From Terriglobia bacterium (GTDB lineage Bacteria; Acidobacteriota; Terriglobia; UBA7540): a stretch of 35,962 nucleotides of DNA. Each line of letters begins with the position of its first letter. The stretch's first letter is position 1. The stretch spans positions 1-35,962 of the forward strand of contig JBAVYG010000735.1 of assembly GCA_049698675.1 (NCBI GenBank), written 5' to 3'. A program made the translations under genes and the position numbers. Shown here piece by piece: positions 17,325 through 26,563 of the stretch. Under the pieces are notes generated by a model. The model made no database searches. It was not told the origin of the DNA and saw only the letters and a list, made by a program, of their open reading frames with translations.

Positions 17325-17438
17325 CCAAGTGCCAGCACCGATAGCGCAAGTCACGCCGTCTTGATCTGGGGCTTGCCAGGCGAAAAATGGAGTAACCATA
17401 GGGCAGCCGGCAAGCAGGTCAGTGGAATGGGGCTGGAG

Positions 17439-17510
17439 GCTGACCGCTGAACGCTGACCCGCCGCGGCGGGACGACTGACCACTAACCACTGACTACTGA
17501 CCACTGACTA
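17439..17510. repeat. Heptamer array E2: gctgacc gctgaac gctgacc ... gactgac cactaac cactgac tactgac cactgac
   Basis: About ten in-phase units with core CTGAC, the complement of the E1 core. An embedded palindrome, ccgccgcggcgg, is present. The array abuts the stop codon (17511-17513) of the minus-strand gene. Confidence 0.8.
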
Positions 17511-18188
17511 CTAGAGCGAGAGCGAAAACCTGCCCACAAAGGCGCTGCGTTTACCCATGTGGTTCCAGACCACATTCAAACCCTTGCCTTGGAACGAATC
17601 CTCAATTGTGAACGCAGGCATGGCGTGAGCCAGTTGAACGAGCGGCGGATAGAATACGAACTCGTTCCCGCAGATGTCGTCGCCATGGCACAAGCTGCGC
17701 GTTTCAATGCGCGCCAAGTTCCCGGCCACAAGGCGGGCAGTGCCGTGGTCCTCTCCCTGAGCGAAGGCCAAATGAATAGGGGCTGTTTCAACGCGAACCA
17801 CGTGGCTCAGGAGCTTCCCGGCCATGGCAGCGGCGAAATCCTGTAGGGCCAAGCGTTGCCGGGGGGTGGCCCGTTGGTCGACAATCAGTACGGACTCGGC
17901 TGGATAAGGAGTATGGTAGGGATCACCTAATGTGGCATGGGCCTTCACGACTGCCACAACGCCCAGGCCGTTCAAACTGGTTCCCCTCCAGTCGCCTTCT
18001 TTGATTCTCCATGCCAGGATCGCCTCGTTTCCAACCAGGCCAACTTCGCCGTTGGCGAAGCATGGGCCGGTGTAAACATCTGCGCTTCGCGCTTCGATAT
18101 AGTCTCCCTTGATTGCCGCGCTGCCTGGGATGGCCAACAGCACCATCAGAGCTAACCCCACAACCGCTTGAAGACAAAGCTTCCGCAT
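17511..18188 (-). CDS. Hypothetical secreted protein (resembles DUF1326-type proteins; family assignment tentative)
   Basis: ATG at 18188 preceded by 'aaggaggg'. Signal peptide 'MRKLCLQAVVGLALMVLLAIPGSAA'. 'GDYIEARSADVYTGPCF...ILAWRIKEGDWRGTSLNGLGVVAVV' recalls the DUF1326 layout. This is from memory only. Confidence 0.65.
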   Translation of the reverse strand: MRKLCLQAVVGLALMVLLAIPGSAAIKGDYIEARSADVYTGPCFANGEVGLVGNEAILAWRIKEGDWRGTSLNGLGVVAVVKAHATLGDPYHTPYPAESVLIVDQRATPRQRLALQDFAAAMAGKLLSHVVRVETAPIHLAFAQGEDHGTARLVAGNLARIETRSLCHGDDICGNEFVFYPPLVQLAHAMPAFTIEDSFQGKGLNVVWNHMGKRSAFVGRFSLSL

Positions 18189-18548
18189 GATGTACCCTCC
18201 TTCGAGCAAATTACTCAGATCGCCCCACGCCTATTCGATGTCTGAGGAAACCGAGAGTTACTCCCACGACGCGCGCGGCGAGTCCATCCCGCCACTGGCG
18301 TCTGGTTCCAAAAGCTCGCTTGCTTACGGCTGAATCGGAAGGGCGGGGTATTAACCTGAATCAAAGTTGGAGTGGGCACTATGCGTGTCTTGTAGGGACA
18401 CGGTCCCGCCCTGCGAGGCCAGATGAGGGGTCCGAAACGGGGATAGGATTTCCGCGACTGAGGTGGCAATCTTGCGGTTAACAGCGGGGTCGCGTGTTCT
18501 GCCCCGGCTTCCTTCAGGACGTGGATTTTCGGGTCGCGCTCACGCAGA

Positions 18549-19886
18549 TCACATCCGTGGGTTCACAAGTGCTTGATAGACCACGGATTGGCTCAGCGCC
18601 TCCACATTGGGTTCCCCAGGGCCGATCCTGCGCTGGGTCATGCCTACAAAAATCAGATCGTTGGTGGGATCGACCCAGAACCAGGTGTCCGCTGCTCCCA
18701 ACCAGAAGAAAGTGCCTTTGCCCACCACTTCGTCAGCCTCGAGGGGGTCCATGTAGACCGCGCAATCGTAGCCCCACCCCATGCCGGGCCGGATGATCGC
18801 TGGACCAATTGAGAACTCGCCCGTCAGGAGGCTGGGGGCGAGATGGTTTGAGGTCATGAGCTGTACCGTGGCCGGCGCCAGGATGCGCACGCCGTCCGGT
18901 CCGCCGCCATTCAGGAGCATCTGAGCGAAGCGCAGATAGTCCTCGGCGGTCGAGACCATACCGCCGCCGCCCGAGGGCATCGATGGTTGCGTTGCATAGT
19001 CGGTGGGCAATCCCCCGCCCTTCGCGTCCGCGACCAGTTCGCCTTTCTCGTTTTCCGCATAGAGCGTGGCAAACCGGTCGCGCTTTTCTTTGGGAACGAA
19101 GAAGCCGGTGTCCTTCATGCCGAGGGGCCCGAAAATGTGCTGCTGCATGAAATCGGGCAGAGACTGGCCCGACAATTTTTCAACGATATAGCCCTGGATA
19201 TCCATCGACGCGCTGTAGACCCAGCGTGTTCCCGGCTGGTAGAGCAACGGGATTTTCGCCAGCTTGTCGATCATTTCTTGCAGGGATCGGGATTGCCACA
19301 CCTGCTGGTCCAGGTACATCTTATCGACCAATGTATTGCCGAAGAACCCGTAAGTAAAGCCCGCGGTGTGGGTCATCAGCTCGCGCATGGTCGGGGGATG
19401 GACGGGGTCTTCCACGATCATGTTGCCGCTCTGATCCACGCCCTTGAAAACTTTCAAATGGGCGAACTCGGGGATGTACTTCGAGACCGGATCCAAAGGA
19501 TGCCATTTGCCCTCTTCGTAGAGGATCATCATGGCAACGCCGGTGACAGGCTTGGTCATGGAGAAGATGCGGAAGATCGTGTCCCTCGTCATCGGAGCGC
19601 CGCTCGCGATGTCTTTCTTGCCGTAGGTCCTCTCCTCGACCACTTTGCCGTGGCGCGCCAGAATTGTTACGACGCCGGCAAGCTGCTTCTGGTCCACTTC
19701 CCGCTGCATCGCCGCATGGAGGCGCTCGAGTCGCTCGGACGAGAAGCCGAGCGCCTCCGGCTTATTCTCGGCAAAATCGGGGGCCTTCTTGTTCGCTTGC
19801 TGAGCCTGGGTCTGATGCGCCCCGGCGACAAAGAGCAGTCCGGCGAGGAGCGATAGGGCGAAACGCGAGAGTCGTGTATTTTTCAT
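18549..19886 (-). CDS. Serine hydrolase, beta-lactamase/transpeptidase-like family (secreted)
   Basis: Signal peptide 'MKNTRLSRFALSLLAGLLFVAGAHQTQA'. SxxK motif 'FSMTKPVTG'. Length and overall pattern fit class-C-like esterases/beta-lactamases. Confidence 0.85.
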   Translation of the reverse strand: MKNTRLSRFALSLLAGLLFVAGAHQTQAQQANKKAPDFAENKPEALGFSSERLERLHAAMQREVDQKQLAGVVTILARHGKVVEERTYGKKDIASGAPMTRDTIFRIFSMTKPVTGVAMMILYEEGKWHPLDPVSKYIPEFAHLKVFKGVDQSGNMIVEDPVHPPTMRELMTHTAGFTYGFFGNTLVDKMYLDQQVWQSRSLQEMIDKLAKIPLLYQPGTRWVYSASMDIQGYIVEKLSGQSLPDFMQQHIFGPLGMKDTGFFVPKEKRDRFATLYAENEKGELVADAKGGGLPTDYATQPSMPSGGGGMVSTAEDYLRFAQMLLNGGGPDGVRILAPATVQLMTSNHLAPSLLTGEFSIGPAIIRPGMGWGYDCAVYMDPLEADEVVGKGTFFWLGAADTWFWVDPTNDLIFVGMTQRRIGPGEPNVEALSQSVVYQALVNPRM

Positions 19887-20031
19887 TTGCCTTAGTCCTG
19901 TTTGATTTGCGGAGCTGCTGCGGATGGTCGGCGACCCTGGTTGAGCCCGATGCGCTCTTCAGGCTCCGCTTCCCTGGTCGGTCGCAGCAGCCACTCGTTT
20001 ATTATTGCCGTACCGATCCGTGCCGGAGGCA

Positions 20032-20250
20032 TCAGAGGGATTCGTAGCAAGCACGGCCCGGTTTGCAGTTCTCCATACTGGCTATCTCACCATCCGGCCC
20101 AAGGCAATTCTGGGTGTGGACGCACCAACAGATGCCGCTGTCGGAGCGGGGGACTGTCGGGTCAGGTTCAGCTTCGATAAACATCCACTTGGAGCGCAAC
20201 AACCGGCAACGCTCCTGGGAAATGCCAGGCTGAGGAGTGGGTTCAGGCAT
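20032..20250 (-). CDS. Small Cys-rich protein (72-74 aa) translationally coupled to the molybdoenzyme operon
   Basis: The GTG at 20256 overlaps the upstream TGA stop (GTGA), or the ATG at 20250 lies 2 nt after it. Six Cys residues ('ERCRLL', 'GICWCVHTQNCLGPDG', 'ENCKPGRACY'). Confidence 0.55.
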   Translation of the reverse strand: MPEPTPQPGISQERCRLLRSKWMFIEAEPDPTVPRSDSGICWCVHTQNCLGPDGEIASMENCKPGRACYESL

Positions 20251-20252
20251 AA

Positions 20253-21239
20253 TCACACTTCTCCTTTCACCGCGCGCAACAAGGCGCGCTTGACCGCCAC
20301 TCGGGCCAGTTGGATCTTGTAGGCATTCTTTGACAGCGGGGTGGCTTTGCTAAGGGCGGCTTTTCCGGCTTCGTCCGCCAGTTCGTCAATAAAGGTCTTT
20401 CCCAGCAAGGCTTGTTCCGCCTCCGGTGACGGCCAAGGCACGGGCGCCACATGACCGAGCACGACGCGCGCCCTTCCGACCGAATCACCCTGGAGGCTGA
20501 GCGCAACCGCGGCGGCAGCCAAGGGCCAGTCCAGCGCCTCTTTTTGGCGAACTTCGTACACTGCCATCTTGATTCCGTCGGCAGCGGGCACAACGATCTC
20601 AGTGAGGATTTCGTGCGCTTTGAGCGCGTGCTCGCTTTCACTTTCGCTTGCAGGCGTAACAAAGAACTTCTCGACTTCGAGCTCCCGCGCTCCCTCGGGA
20701 CCGTGCAGCCGAACTTTCGCACCCAGGGCTAAGAGGGCCGGCCCCAAGCTTGACGGGCTCACGAAATAAGCGGGTCCAGAATTGCCCAGGATGGCGTGGT
20801 AGCGGTTGTCGCCATCCGGCACCAAGGGCTTCCCCTTATAAGTCGCCAATAGGCCATATCCCGCCCGGTAGTACCAGCAGCGCGGCCGCTGGCAAAGGTC
20901 GCCACCCACAGTTCCTACACTGCGAATCTGTGGGCTGGAGACGCCTTGGGCAGCCTGGACCAAGGCCGGATAATGCTGTCGCACCTCCGCATTCTCGATC
21001 AACTCGTCTAAGGTAACCAAGGCGCCCAGGCGCAAGCCGGACCCCGATTGGAACTCGATTCGCTTCAGTTCCTCGAGTTTTTGCAGGTCGACTACACGCC
21101 CCGGACTGACGATCCGGTCTTTCATCAGACTCAGCAGGTCAGTTCCCCCTGCCAGGATCGCAGCTTCACCCTTCGCGTCGGCCAACAATTGGACGGCTGC
21201 CTGTAGGGTTGTGGGGCTAACATATTCGAAGGCTTGCAT
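20253..21239 (-). CDS. FAD-binding subunit of xanthine-dehydrogenase-family molybdoenzyme (PaoB/CoxM-like)
   Basis: 'FEYVSPTTLQAAVQLL...AILAGGTDLLSLMKDRI' is the FAD-binding-5 pattern. The ATG overlaps the large-subunit stop (ATGA at 21239). Confidence 0.85.
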   Translation of the reverse strand: MQAFEYVSPTTLQAAVQLLADAKGEAAILAGGTDLLSLMKDRIVSPGRVVDLQKLEELKRIEFQSGSGLRLGALVTLDELIENAEVRQHYPALVQAAQGVSSPQIRSVGTVGGDLCQRPRCWYYRAGYGLLATYKGKPLVPDGDNRYHAILGNSGPAYFVSPSSLGPALLALGAKVRLHGPEGARELEVEKFFVTPASESESEHALKAHEILTEIVVPAADGIKMAVYEVRQKEALDWPLAAAAVALSLQGDSVGRARVVLGHVAPVPWPSPEAEQALLGKTFIDELADEAGKAALSKATPLSKNAYKIQLARVAVKRALLRAVKGEV

Positions 21240-23398
21240 CAGGCTTCCCCTCCTTTCTCGAGTGCGGCCAGAACCTTTTCCGGAGTGATCGGTAAGGTGG
21301 GCACGCGCACACCAAGGGCGTTGGCCACGGCGTTGGAGATGGCGGCCCCGGGCGAAATCACAGGCGGCTCACCCAAGCCAATCGTGCCGCGTTCGTCGTA
21401 TCCCGGTCCAGTCATCAGGTGGACCACCAATTCGCCGATGTCGCCAATGCCCGCCAGCTTGTAAAACTCCATATTGGGATTCAGCATACGGCCCGTGGCA
21501 TCGTCCATGATCCTTTGCTCGAACAGTGCGTAAGAGATGCCCATGATCATGGCGCCGTAGCACTGGCTCTCCGCAGTCTTGATGTCGATGATGAGCCCGC
21601 AGTCCTGCGCACACACCATCTTGTTGATCTTCACGATTCCTGTCTCGGTGTCCACAGAGACATCTGCCATTTCCACTCCGCCCACCCCGCTAGAGCCCAG
21701 CGAGCAGGGACCGGGATGCTTGCCAGTCACCTGGATCGTCTTCACACCTAGCTTGGCGCAGGCTTGCTTCCAGGTAAGGCTCTTAGAAGAGTCATCCTTC
21801 GCCTGGATCTTTCCACCCGCGGCGACGAGTTGGTCAGCGGGAACCCTCAGGCTCGGGGCCACGGCAGCGAAGAGTTGATCGAGGGCGTCCACGCATCCGC
21901 GACGAGTGGAAGCGCTTACTCCGCCCACGGTGGTGCTGCCGCCGGAGGCGCCGTCGGTCGGATACTTGCTATCTCCGATGTTTACCGCAATCGCCTCAAG
22001 CGGAAGACCCAGGGTCTCTGCCGCCACGATGTTGATTACGGTCCGCGTCCCGGTGCCCAGGTCTTGGCTCCCCAGATTTACCTCCACGGAGCCATCGGGA
22101 TGAATGTTCACATTGCAATTGCTGTTGTGCCCACGGCCACCCCAGGTGTGGAGGCTGATTCCCAGACCACGCTTGATGGAACTGGGAGTCTGGTGGCCGC
22201 GCGCGTGCCAGTTCTTCTCCCAATCAATCAGCTCAGCAGCCTTTCGAAGCTCCTGCCGGTACACGTCCGCGCGCTCGCCCGTGAGGTCGGCGTTCTTGGA
22301 GAAGAACTCAAGCGGGTCCATGTTCAGCTTAGCGGCAAGGTCTTCAAGAGCAGCCATCGTAAGCAGTGCCGCCTGGGGGTGGTTTGGCGCCCGCCAGGCG
22401 CGCGCGGGACCGGTGTTCGTGCTGACCGAGGTGTGGCGAGTAACCTTGTTGGGAATGCCGGTGAAGACGTAGGGAAGGGGAGGCATGGTAGCGCCCGCCG
22501 GGCCCCCCGTGCCCCAGGAGTCCGATTGCCAAGCAACGATCGTCCCGTCTTTCTTTGCCGCCACTTTAATCTTTGCGAAGCTGGAAGGTCGCGCCCCGGC
22601 CACTTCCAAATCCATGTCGCGCTCGAGCAGCAGTTTGACGGGCTTGCCGGCAATCTTTGCCAGCCGGGCGTTCTCAATACCCCAACGGTCGGCGCCGAAC
22701 TTGCTGCCAAACCCTCCGCCAATGTTTTGGCAGATGGTCTCAATGTTGTTGTTCTTGACATCGATGCCCGCCTGCCTTAGTGCTTCACCGACTTCACCCG
22801 GTATTCCGGATACGTTTTGAGTGGAGAAATAGGTTTTCAAGGTGTCCGGACCCGTCCACTCAGCAACACTACCGTGTGTTTCAAGGCAGCAGTGTGTGAT
22901 CACGACCATGCCGTAGTAACCGTCGGAAACGACCACATCTGGGGCGCTGAAAGCCTTGTCAGGATCACCACTCTTCTCGCTGCCGGCCGCTTTGGCGTGA
23001 TCACCCGCCTTACTCAAGTCTTCTTCATTGGCCAAGTGGGGTAGTTGTTCAAATTCGATTTTGATCTTATCCAAGGCGTCTCGAGCAATCTCTTCGCTTT
23101 CCGCCGCCACGGCCACGATTTCATCGCCTGCCCATTGAATCTCCTTGCCCACGTCCTGAATCTTGCGAACTGCCTTCACGCCAGGTGTGCTCTCAGCGGC
23201 CGATGTGTCCAAGGCGGTGATTTTGGCATGAGCATAAGGTGAGCGCAGAATCTTGCCATAGAGCATGCCCGGGAGGTTGACATCGAAAGTGTACTTTGCC
23301 TTGCCGCTTGCCTTGGCGGGCCCGTCGATGCGGCTGATCCGCTTGCCGATGAGTTTCCTTTCCCCTGCTTCCGGCCAATCGTATTTGCACTTAGGCAT
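21239..23398 (-). CDS. Molybdopterin-binding large subunit of xanthine-dehydrogenase/aldehyde-oxidoreductase family (PaoC-like)
   Basis: 'RIDGPAKASGKAKYTFD', 'GGGFGSKF' and 'GLGEPPVISPGAAISNAV' are typical of this family. 719 aa. Confidence 0.9.
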   Translation of the reverse strand: MPKCKYDWPEAGERKLIGKRISRIDGPAKASGKAKYTFDVNLPGMLYGKILRSPYAHAKITALDTSAAESTPGVKAVRKIQDVGKEIQWAGDEIVAVAAESEEIARDALDKIKIEFEQLPHLANEEDLSKAGDHAKAAGSEKSGDPDKAFSAPDVVVSDGYYGMVVITHCCLETHGSVAEWTGPDTLKTYFSTQNVSGIPGEVGEALRQAGIDVKNNNIETICQNIGGGFGSKFGADRWGIENARLAKIAGKPVKLLLERDMDLEVAGARPSSFAKIKVAAKKDGTIVAWQSDSWGTGGPAGATMPPLPYVFTGIPNKVTRHTSVSTNTGPARAWRAPNHPQAALLTMAALEDLAAKLNMDPLEFFSKNADLTGERADVYRQELRKAAELIDWEKNWHARGHQTPSSIKRGLGISLHTWGGRGHNSNCNVNIHPDGSVEVNLGSQDLGTGTRTVINIVAAETLGLPLEAIAVNIGDSKYPTDGASGGSTTVGGVSASTRRGCVDALDQLFAAVAPSLRVPADQLVAAGGKIQAKDDSSKSLTWKQACAKLGVKTIQVTGKHPGPCSLGSSGVGGVEMADVSVDTETGIVKINKMVCAQDCGLIIDIKTAESQCYGAMIMGISYALFEQRIMDDATGRMLNPNMEFYKLAGIGDIGELVVHLMTGPGYDERGTIGLGEPPVISPGAAISNAVANALGVRVPTLPITPEKVLAALEKGGEA

Positions 23399-24041
23399 GT
23401 GCTTTGCCTCCCTTCATGGACTTGGCGGCCTCCAGCACGGCTTGCCGAACGCCCACGTACGTCCCACAGCGGCAGAGATTCCCCCCCAGTCCCTCTTCAA
23501 TCTCATCAAACGTGGGGTTTGGATGTTTGTCCAGGAAGGCCTTGCACGCCACGACAAAACCGGGCGTGCAAAAGCCGCATTGCTGCGCGTCGTGTTCGAC
23601 AAAGGCGGTCATGACGGGATGCAGTTGGCCATCGTGGGAAAGTCCCTCGATGGTCACGATGTCATGGCCCTCCGTCTGTATGGCGAGCAAGTTGCAGGCA
23701 TAGACTGGTTTGTCATCCAGAATGACCGTGCAAGCGCCACAGACCCCGCGATCGCACACCTTCTTAGCCCCTGTTAGGTCCAGATGGTTCCGAAGAGCAT
23801 CGAGCAGTGTGACGCGGGGTTCGAGATTCAGTTTGTGAGGCTTGCCGTTAACCCTCAAAGTGATGGGGACAGGCCCCGGGCCAGCGACAGCATCCGACCC
23901 TGTTGGAGGAGAGGCCGCGTGCGCTTCCGTCATCAGCAATCCGCTGGATACGGCGACGCTGGCCCCTTTCAAAAAGTCGCGCCGGGTCAGACTTTCCCTC
24001 GTTGGCGCGGCCTCTTTTGGCTTCTGCTTTTTCCGTTTCAT
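23391..24041 (-). CDS. [2Fe-2S] small subunit with twin-arginine (Tat) signal (PaoA/YagT-like)
   Basis: Tat motif 'LTRRDFLKGASVAV'. Ferredoxin-type 'CDRGVCGACTV' and 'QCGFCTPGF...NLCRCGTY'. AAGGAG lies upstream of the ATG at 24041. It overlaps the next gene by 8 nt. Confidence 0.9.
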   Translation of the reverse strand: MKRKKQKPKEAAPTRESLTRRDFLKGASVAVSSGLLMTEAHAASPPTGSDAVAGPGPVPITLRVNGKPHKLNLEPRVTLLDALRNHLDLTGAKKVCDRGVCGACTVILDDKPVYACNLLAIQTEGHDIVTIEGLSHDGQLHPVMTAFVEHDAQQCGFCTPGFVVACKAFLDKHPNPTFDEIEEGLGGNLCRCGTYVGVRQAVLEAAKSMKGGKAHA

Positions 24042-24455
24042 GCTTAGCTCCTTCGATTCCTGAACGCGACAAGACTCGTGAGTATGAATCGCCCCGCTTG
24101 CGGGTTCATCAGCAGATGAAGCCCAACCGTCTCAGTTGATTGGTAGCAAAGGGACATTATAGCACTTTTTTCGATGTCCGAATTGCAACTTCTTGCGCGG
24201 CGCAGGTCTCCTTACTTGCCCTGGTCAATCCACAGATGATGCAGATCATGCAGATGGTTATTCTGTTACAGTCTTATTGTGGTTGGGGTCCGCTGCCGAG
24301 TCCAAGTCTGTAGTCAGCTTTTCGCCCTCTGGCGGCAGGCGGGCACATCGTTTATACTTCGCTTCGTTTCAGTTGGAATGGACTAAGGTGGATACATGCG
24401 GGCTTAACAGTCTCCGCCGGGGTGATCGTAGGTGAGAGGGAGGGAATAGTTCTTG

Positions 24456-25373
24456 ATGTTTCAGCATCTCTCGAAGGGGGACTTAGTGACGGGCCTGACT
24501 GAAAGGGCCCAAAGCCGCAGCGAACTGTTCAAGGGAATTGGAGGCCGTCTCGTTCTGAGCCTGCGTTATTTGTTTGCGACGGAGGTACACGCCTACGCGT
24601 TCTCGATAGCCGCGAATGTGTATCTCTCTTTTTTTCCGTTCACACTCCTCTTGCTCACAGTTTGTCTGCGATGGCTGCACTGGGAGGGCGCCTACCGCGT
24701 GATCCTGGAACTTTTGCGGATTCACTTGCCTGCGGGAGCGGATTCCATCATTCGAAACCTTACCCAGCTCGCACAAGGGCGTCCCAGGCTTCAACTCATC
24801 TCCGTGGTTATGCTCTTTTTCACCAGTTCGGGGGTCTTTCTGCCCTTGGAAATCGCGCTGAATCATGTGTGGGGTATTCGGCGGAACCGCAACTTCCTGA
24901 GGAACCAGGTTATGTCCTTCTTTCTGGCTCTGGCGACGGGTCTTATGGCGTTTCTTTCGATTCTCCTCTCCACCGCCGCGCAATGGGTGCTGACCTTCAC
25001 CCTCGGATGGATCCCGTTCCGAGGGGTAGTGGCGGCAGTCTCTCGTGGTGTTATGGAAATGATCTCGGTCCCGTTCGCCGTCTCGATCTGCTTCGTGATT
25101 TATTTCTTCCTGCCGAACGGCCGGGTTCCGGTCAACCGGGTTCTTCCCGCGGCCATGATCGGGGGTATTTTGACGGAGCTGGGGAAACTCATTTACACGC
25201 AGACATTGCCGCTCTTTCGCTTCCGGGAGGTCTACGGGCCATTCGCTATTTCCGCAACTCTGTTGCTCTGGGCTTATGGAGCAGCTTTGATCCTGCTCTT
25301 TGGCGCCCACCTCTGTGCGCATGGTTCTGCTATTTCCGCGGAAGCAGGGATGCCTGGCGTTGAGCGATCGTAG
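24456..25373 (+). CDS. YihY/BrkB-family membrane protein
   Basis: Six or so hydrophobic segments. 'YAFSIAANVYLSFFPFTLLLL' and 'GPFAISATLLLWAYGAALILLFGA' are typical of YihY. The ORF track starts 3 nt earlier at a TTG. Confidence 0.8.
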   Translation: MFQHLSKGDLVTGLTERAQSRSELFKGIGGRLVLSLRYLFATEVHAYAFSIAANVYLSFFPFTLLLLTVCLRWLHWEGAYRVILELLRIHLPAGADSIIRNLTQLAQGRPRLQLISVVMLFFTSSGVFLPLEIALNHVWGIRRNRNFLRNQVMSFFLALATGLMAFLSILLSTAAQWVLTFTLGWIPFRGVVAAVSRGVMEMISVPFAVSICFVIYFFLPNGRVPVNRVLPAAMIGGILTELGKLIYTQTLPLFRFREVYGPFAISATLLLWAYGAALILLFGAHLCAHGSAISAEAGMPGVERS

Positions 25374-25429
25374 CGGCGACTTTACGTCGCCATCGCAATT
25401 GGGGTCATGGCGATGTAAAATCGCCGCTA
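25371..25429 (+). terminator. 23-bp near-perfect inverted repeat (hairpin) that includes the yihY-like stop codon; possible terminator or operator
   Basis: tagcggcgactttacgtcgccat (25371-25393) pairs with atggcgatgtaaaatcgccgcta (25407-25429), 21/23 complementary. No U-tract follows, so it is not a canonical intrinsic terminator. Confidence 0.35.
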
Positions 25430-25475
25430 CATCGCCCGGATTGGTTCTCTTAGCATCTTGCCAAGGTGGCCGCAT

Positions 25476-26501
25476 ATGGAAACAAGAGCGAGGATACTGG
25501 AAATCCCCCGGCTTCTCCGTGAGACGCTCGAAAAGGGCGTCCGCGAATACGAAACGCTTATCCGCCACGTCCGATGGGGTGAAGCACCCATCTACATTTG
25601 CGGCTGCGGCGCATCATTGCCGATGGGTATGGCGGGGGCTTATTTGTTCGAGTGGCTGGCCGGCTGGCCGGTGCTGGCACGCTCCGCAAAGGTCTTTGAA
25701 GCCTACACGCTTTCCACGCTGCGTCCCCGCTCGGTCGTGGTCGTGATTTCGGCATCGGGCGAAGACCCCGAGGGGCTCGAGGTCGTCCGCATCGCGCGCT
25801 CCCGAGGCGCCGTACTTCTGGCATTGACGCGTGACCCCGATGGCCCGCTGGCCAGGGCGTGCGAGGGCGTTTTTCTCACGCGGGATGAAGGCCCTGAGGA
25901 TTCCGCGGCCGCCGCAGTTTGCCAGCTCGCTGCACTTTCCAGCATAGCTCTGATTGCGGCGCGCGTCCTCAAGCACTCCAGCGCAGGGCTTGAGTTGTTC
26001 GAAGACGAACTGACGCGATTGCCGGGGCAAATGGAGTGGTCTTTTACCCAGCTCTCTGACGCGCTTCGCTCGTTGACGCAGGAACTCCGAGCTCTGGACC
26101 GGTTCTGGCTGGTAGGAGGCGGTCTTTATCATCCCGTGGTTGTTCGCGGCGCCCGGCGGCTAAGTGCATTGGGGGGGATTCATGGGGAGGGAATTGAAGT
26201 GTCCGAATTCTGTTCATACCCCCTGCACCATTTGCGGCGCGGGGACGTCGCCGTGTTCGTTTCCGGGTCGCGTCTGAGGATCAAGCGGGAGGTTCATCAG
26301 GCCGCCGCCCAAAGCAAGCTCAAAGGGGCAAGGCTGATTGCGCTTACCGACACTAACGATCGTGAGCTTGTTGATCGGTCGGAGATGGCGATTCTCGTGC
26401 CCCCTCTTAGCGAGGTGGGGGGCTCAATACTCGTTTTGGCGCTCCTGGAGCTGCTGGCTTCGCAAGTGGCGAGGAGTCTCGAGAGCAACCATGTTAAGTA
26501 A
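25476..26501 (+). CDS. Double SIS-domain sugar isomerase/aminotransferase-like protein (GlmS C-terminal/AgaS-like)
   Basis: 'IYICGCGASLPMGMAG' and 'VVVVISASGEDPEGLEVVRIARSRGAVLLALT', plus a second SIS-like half 'FWLVGGG...VAVFVSGS...ARLIALTD'. I prefer the ATG at 25476 over the TTG at 25458. Confidence 0.8.
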   Translation: METRARILEIPRLLRETLEKGVREYETLIRHVRWGEAPIYICGCGASLPMGMAGAYLFEWLAGWPVLARSAKVFEAYTLSTLRPRSVVVVISASGEDPEGLEVVRIARSRGAVLLALTRDPDGPLARACEGVFLTRDEGPEDSAAAAVCQLAALSSIALIAARVLKHSSAGLELFEDELTRLPGQMEWSFTQLSDALRSLTQELRALDRFWLVGGGLYHPVVVRGARRLSALGGIHGEGIEVSEFCSYPLHHLRRGDVAVFVSGSRLRIKREVHQAAAQSKLKGARLIALTDTNDRELVDRSEMAILVPPLSEVGGSILVLALLELLASQVARSLESNHVK

Positions 26502-26528
26502 GTCGGAGACTATATTAACTTCGCGTGA

Positions 26529-26557
26529 TTGACACTTGTGTTCAATTCTGATTTAAT
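26529..26557 (+). promoter_or_regulatory. Putative sigma70-type promoter (TTGACA-17 nt-TTTAAT) placing the transcription start at about the XRE ATG (leaderless)
   Basis: TTGACA at 26529-26534, a 17-nt spacer, TTTAAT at 26552-26557, and the ATG at 26564, 6 nt after the -10. No SD is present. Confidence 0.35.
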
Positions 26558-26563
26558 AACCGC

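Noticed and set aside
18189-18548. B12-riboswitch-like fragments ('cccgccactggcg', 'cggaagggcgg', 'gccagatgagggg') and a GGGCGGG...CCCGCCC long-range pair in the 340-bp gap
   Set aside because: The fragments are on the plus strand, where no downstream gene exists. The GGTG/AATCC core is missing and the B12 box match is poor. On the minus strand (upstream of the 17511-18188 gene) I recognise no known riboswitch, and TPP-like 'ggttaatacc' lacks the CTGAGA element. This region remains unexplained and could be scanned with Rfam.
24042-24452. 80-aa ORF (24193-24435) and 'cagatgatgcagatcatgcagatgg' local repeat in the divergent gap between the Pao-like operon and the yihY-like gene
   Set aside because: The ORF has no start context or motifs. 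The repeat is short and irregular. The region is most simply a divergent promoter region.
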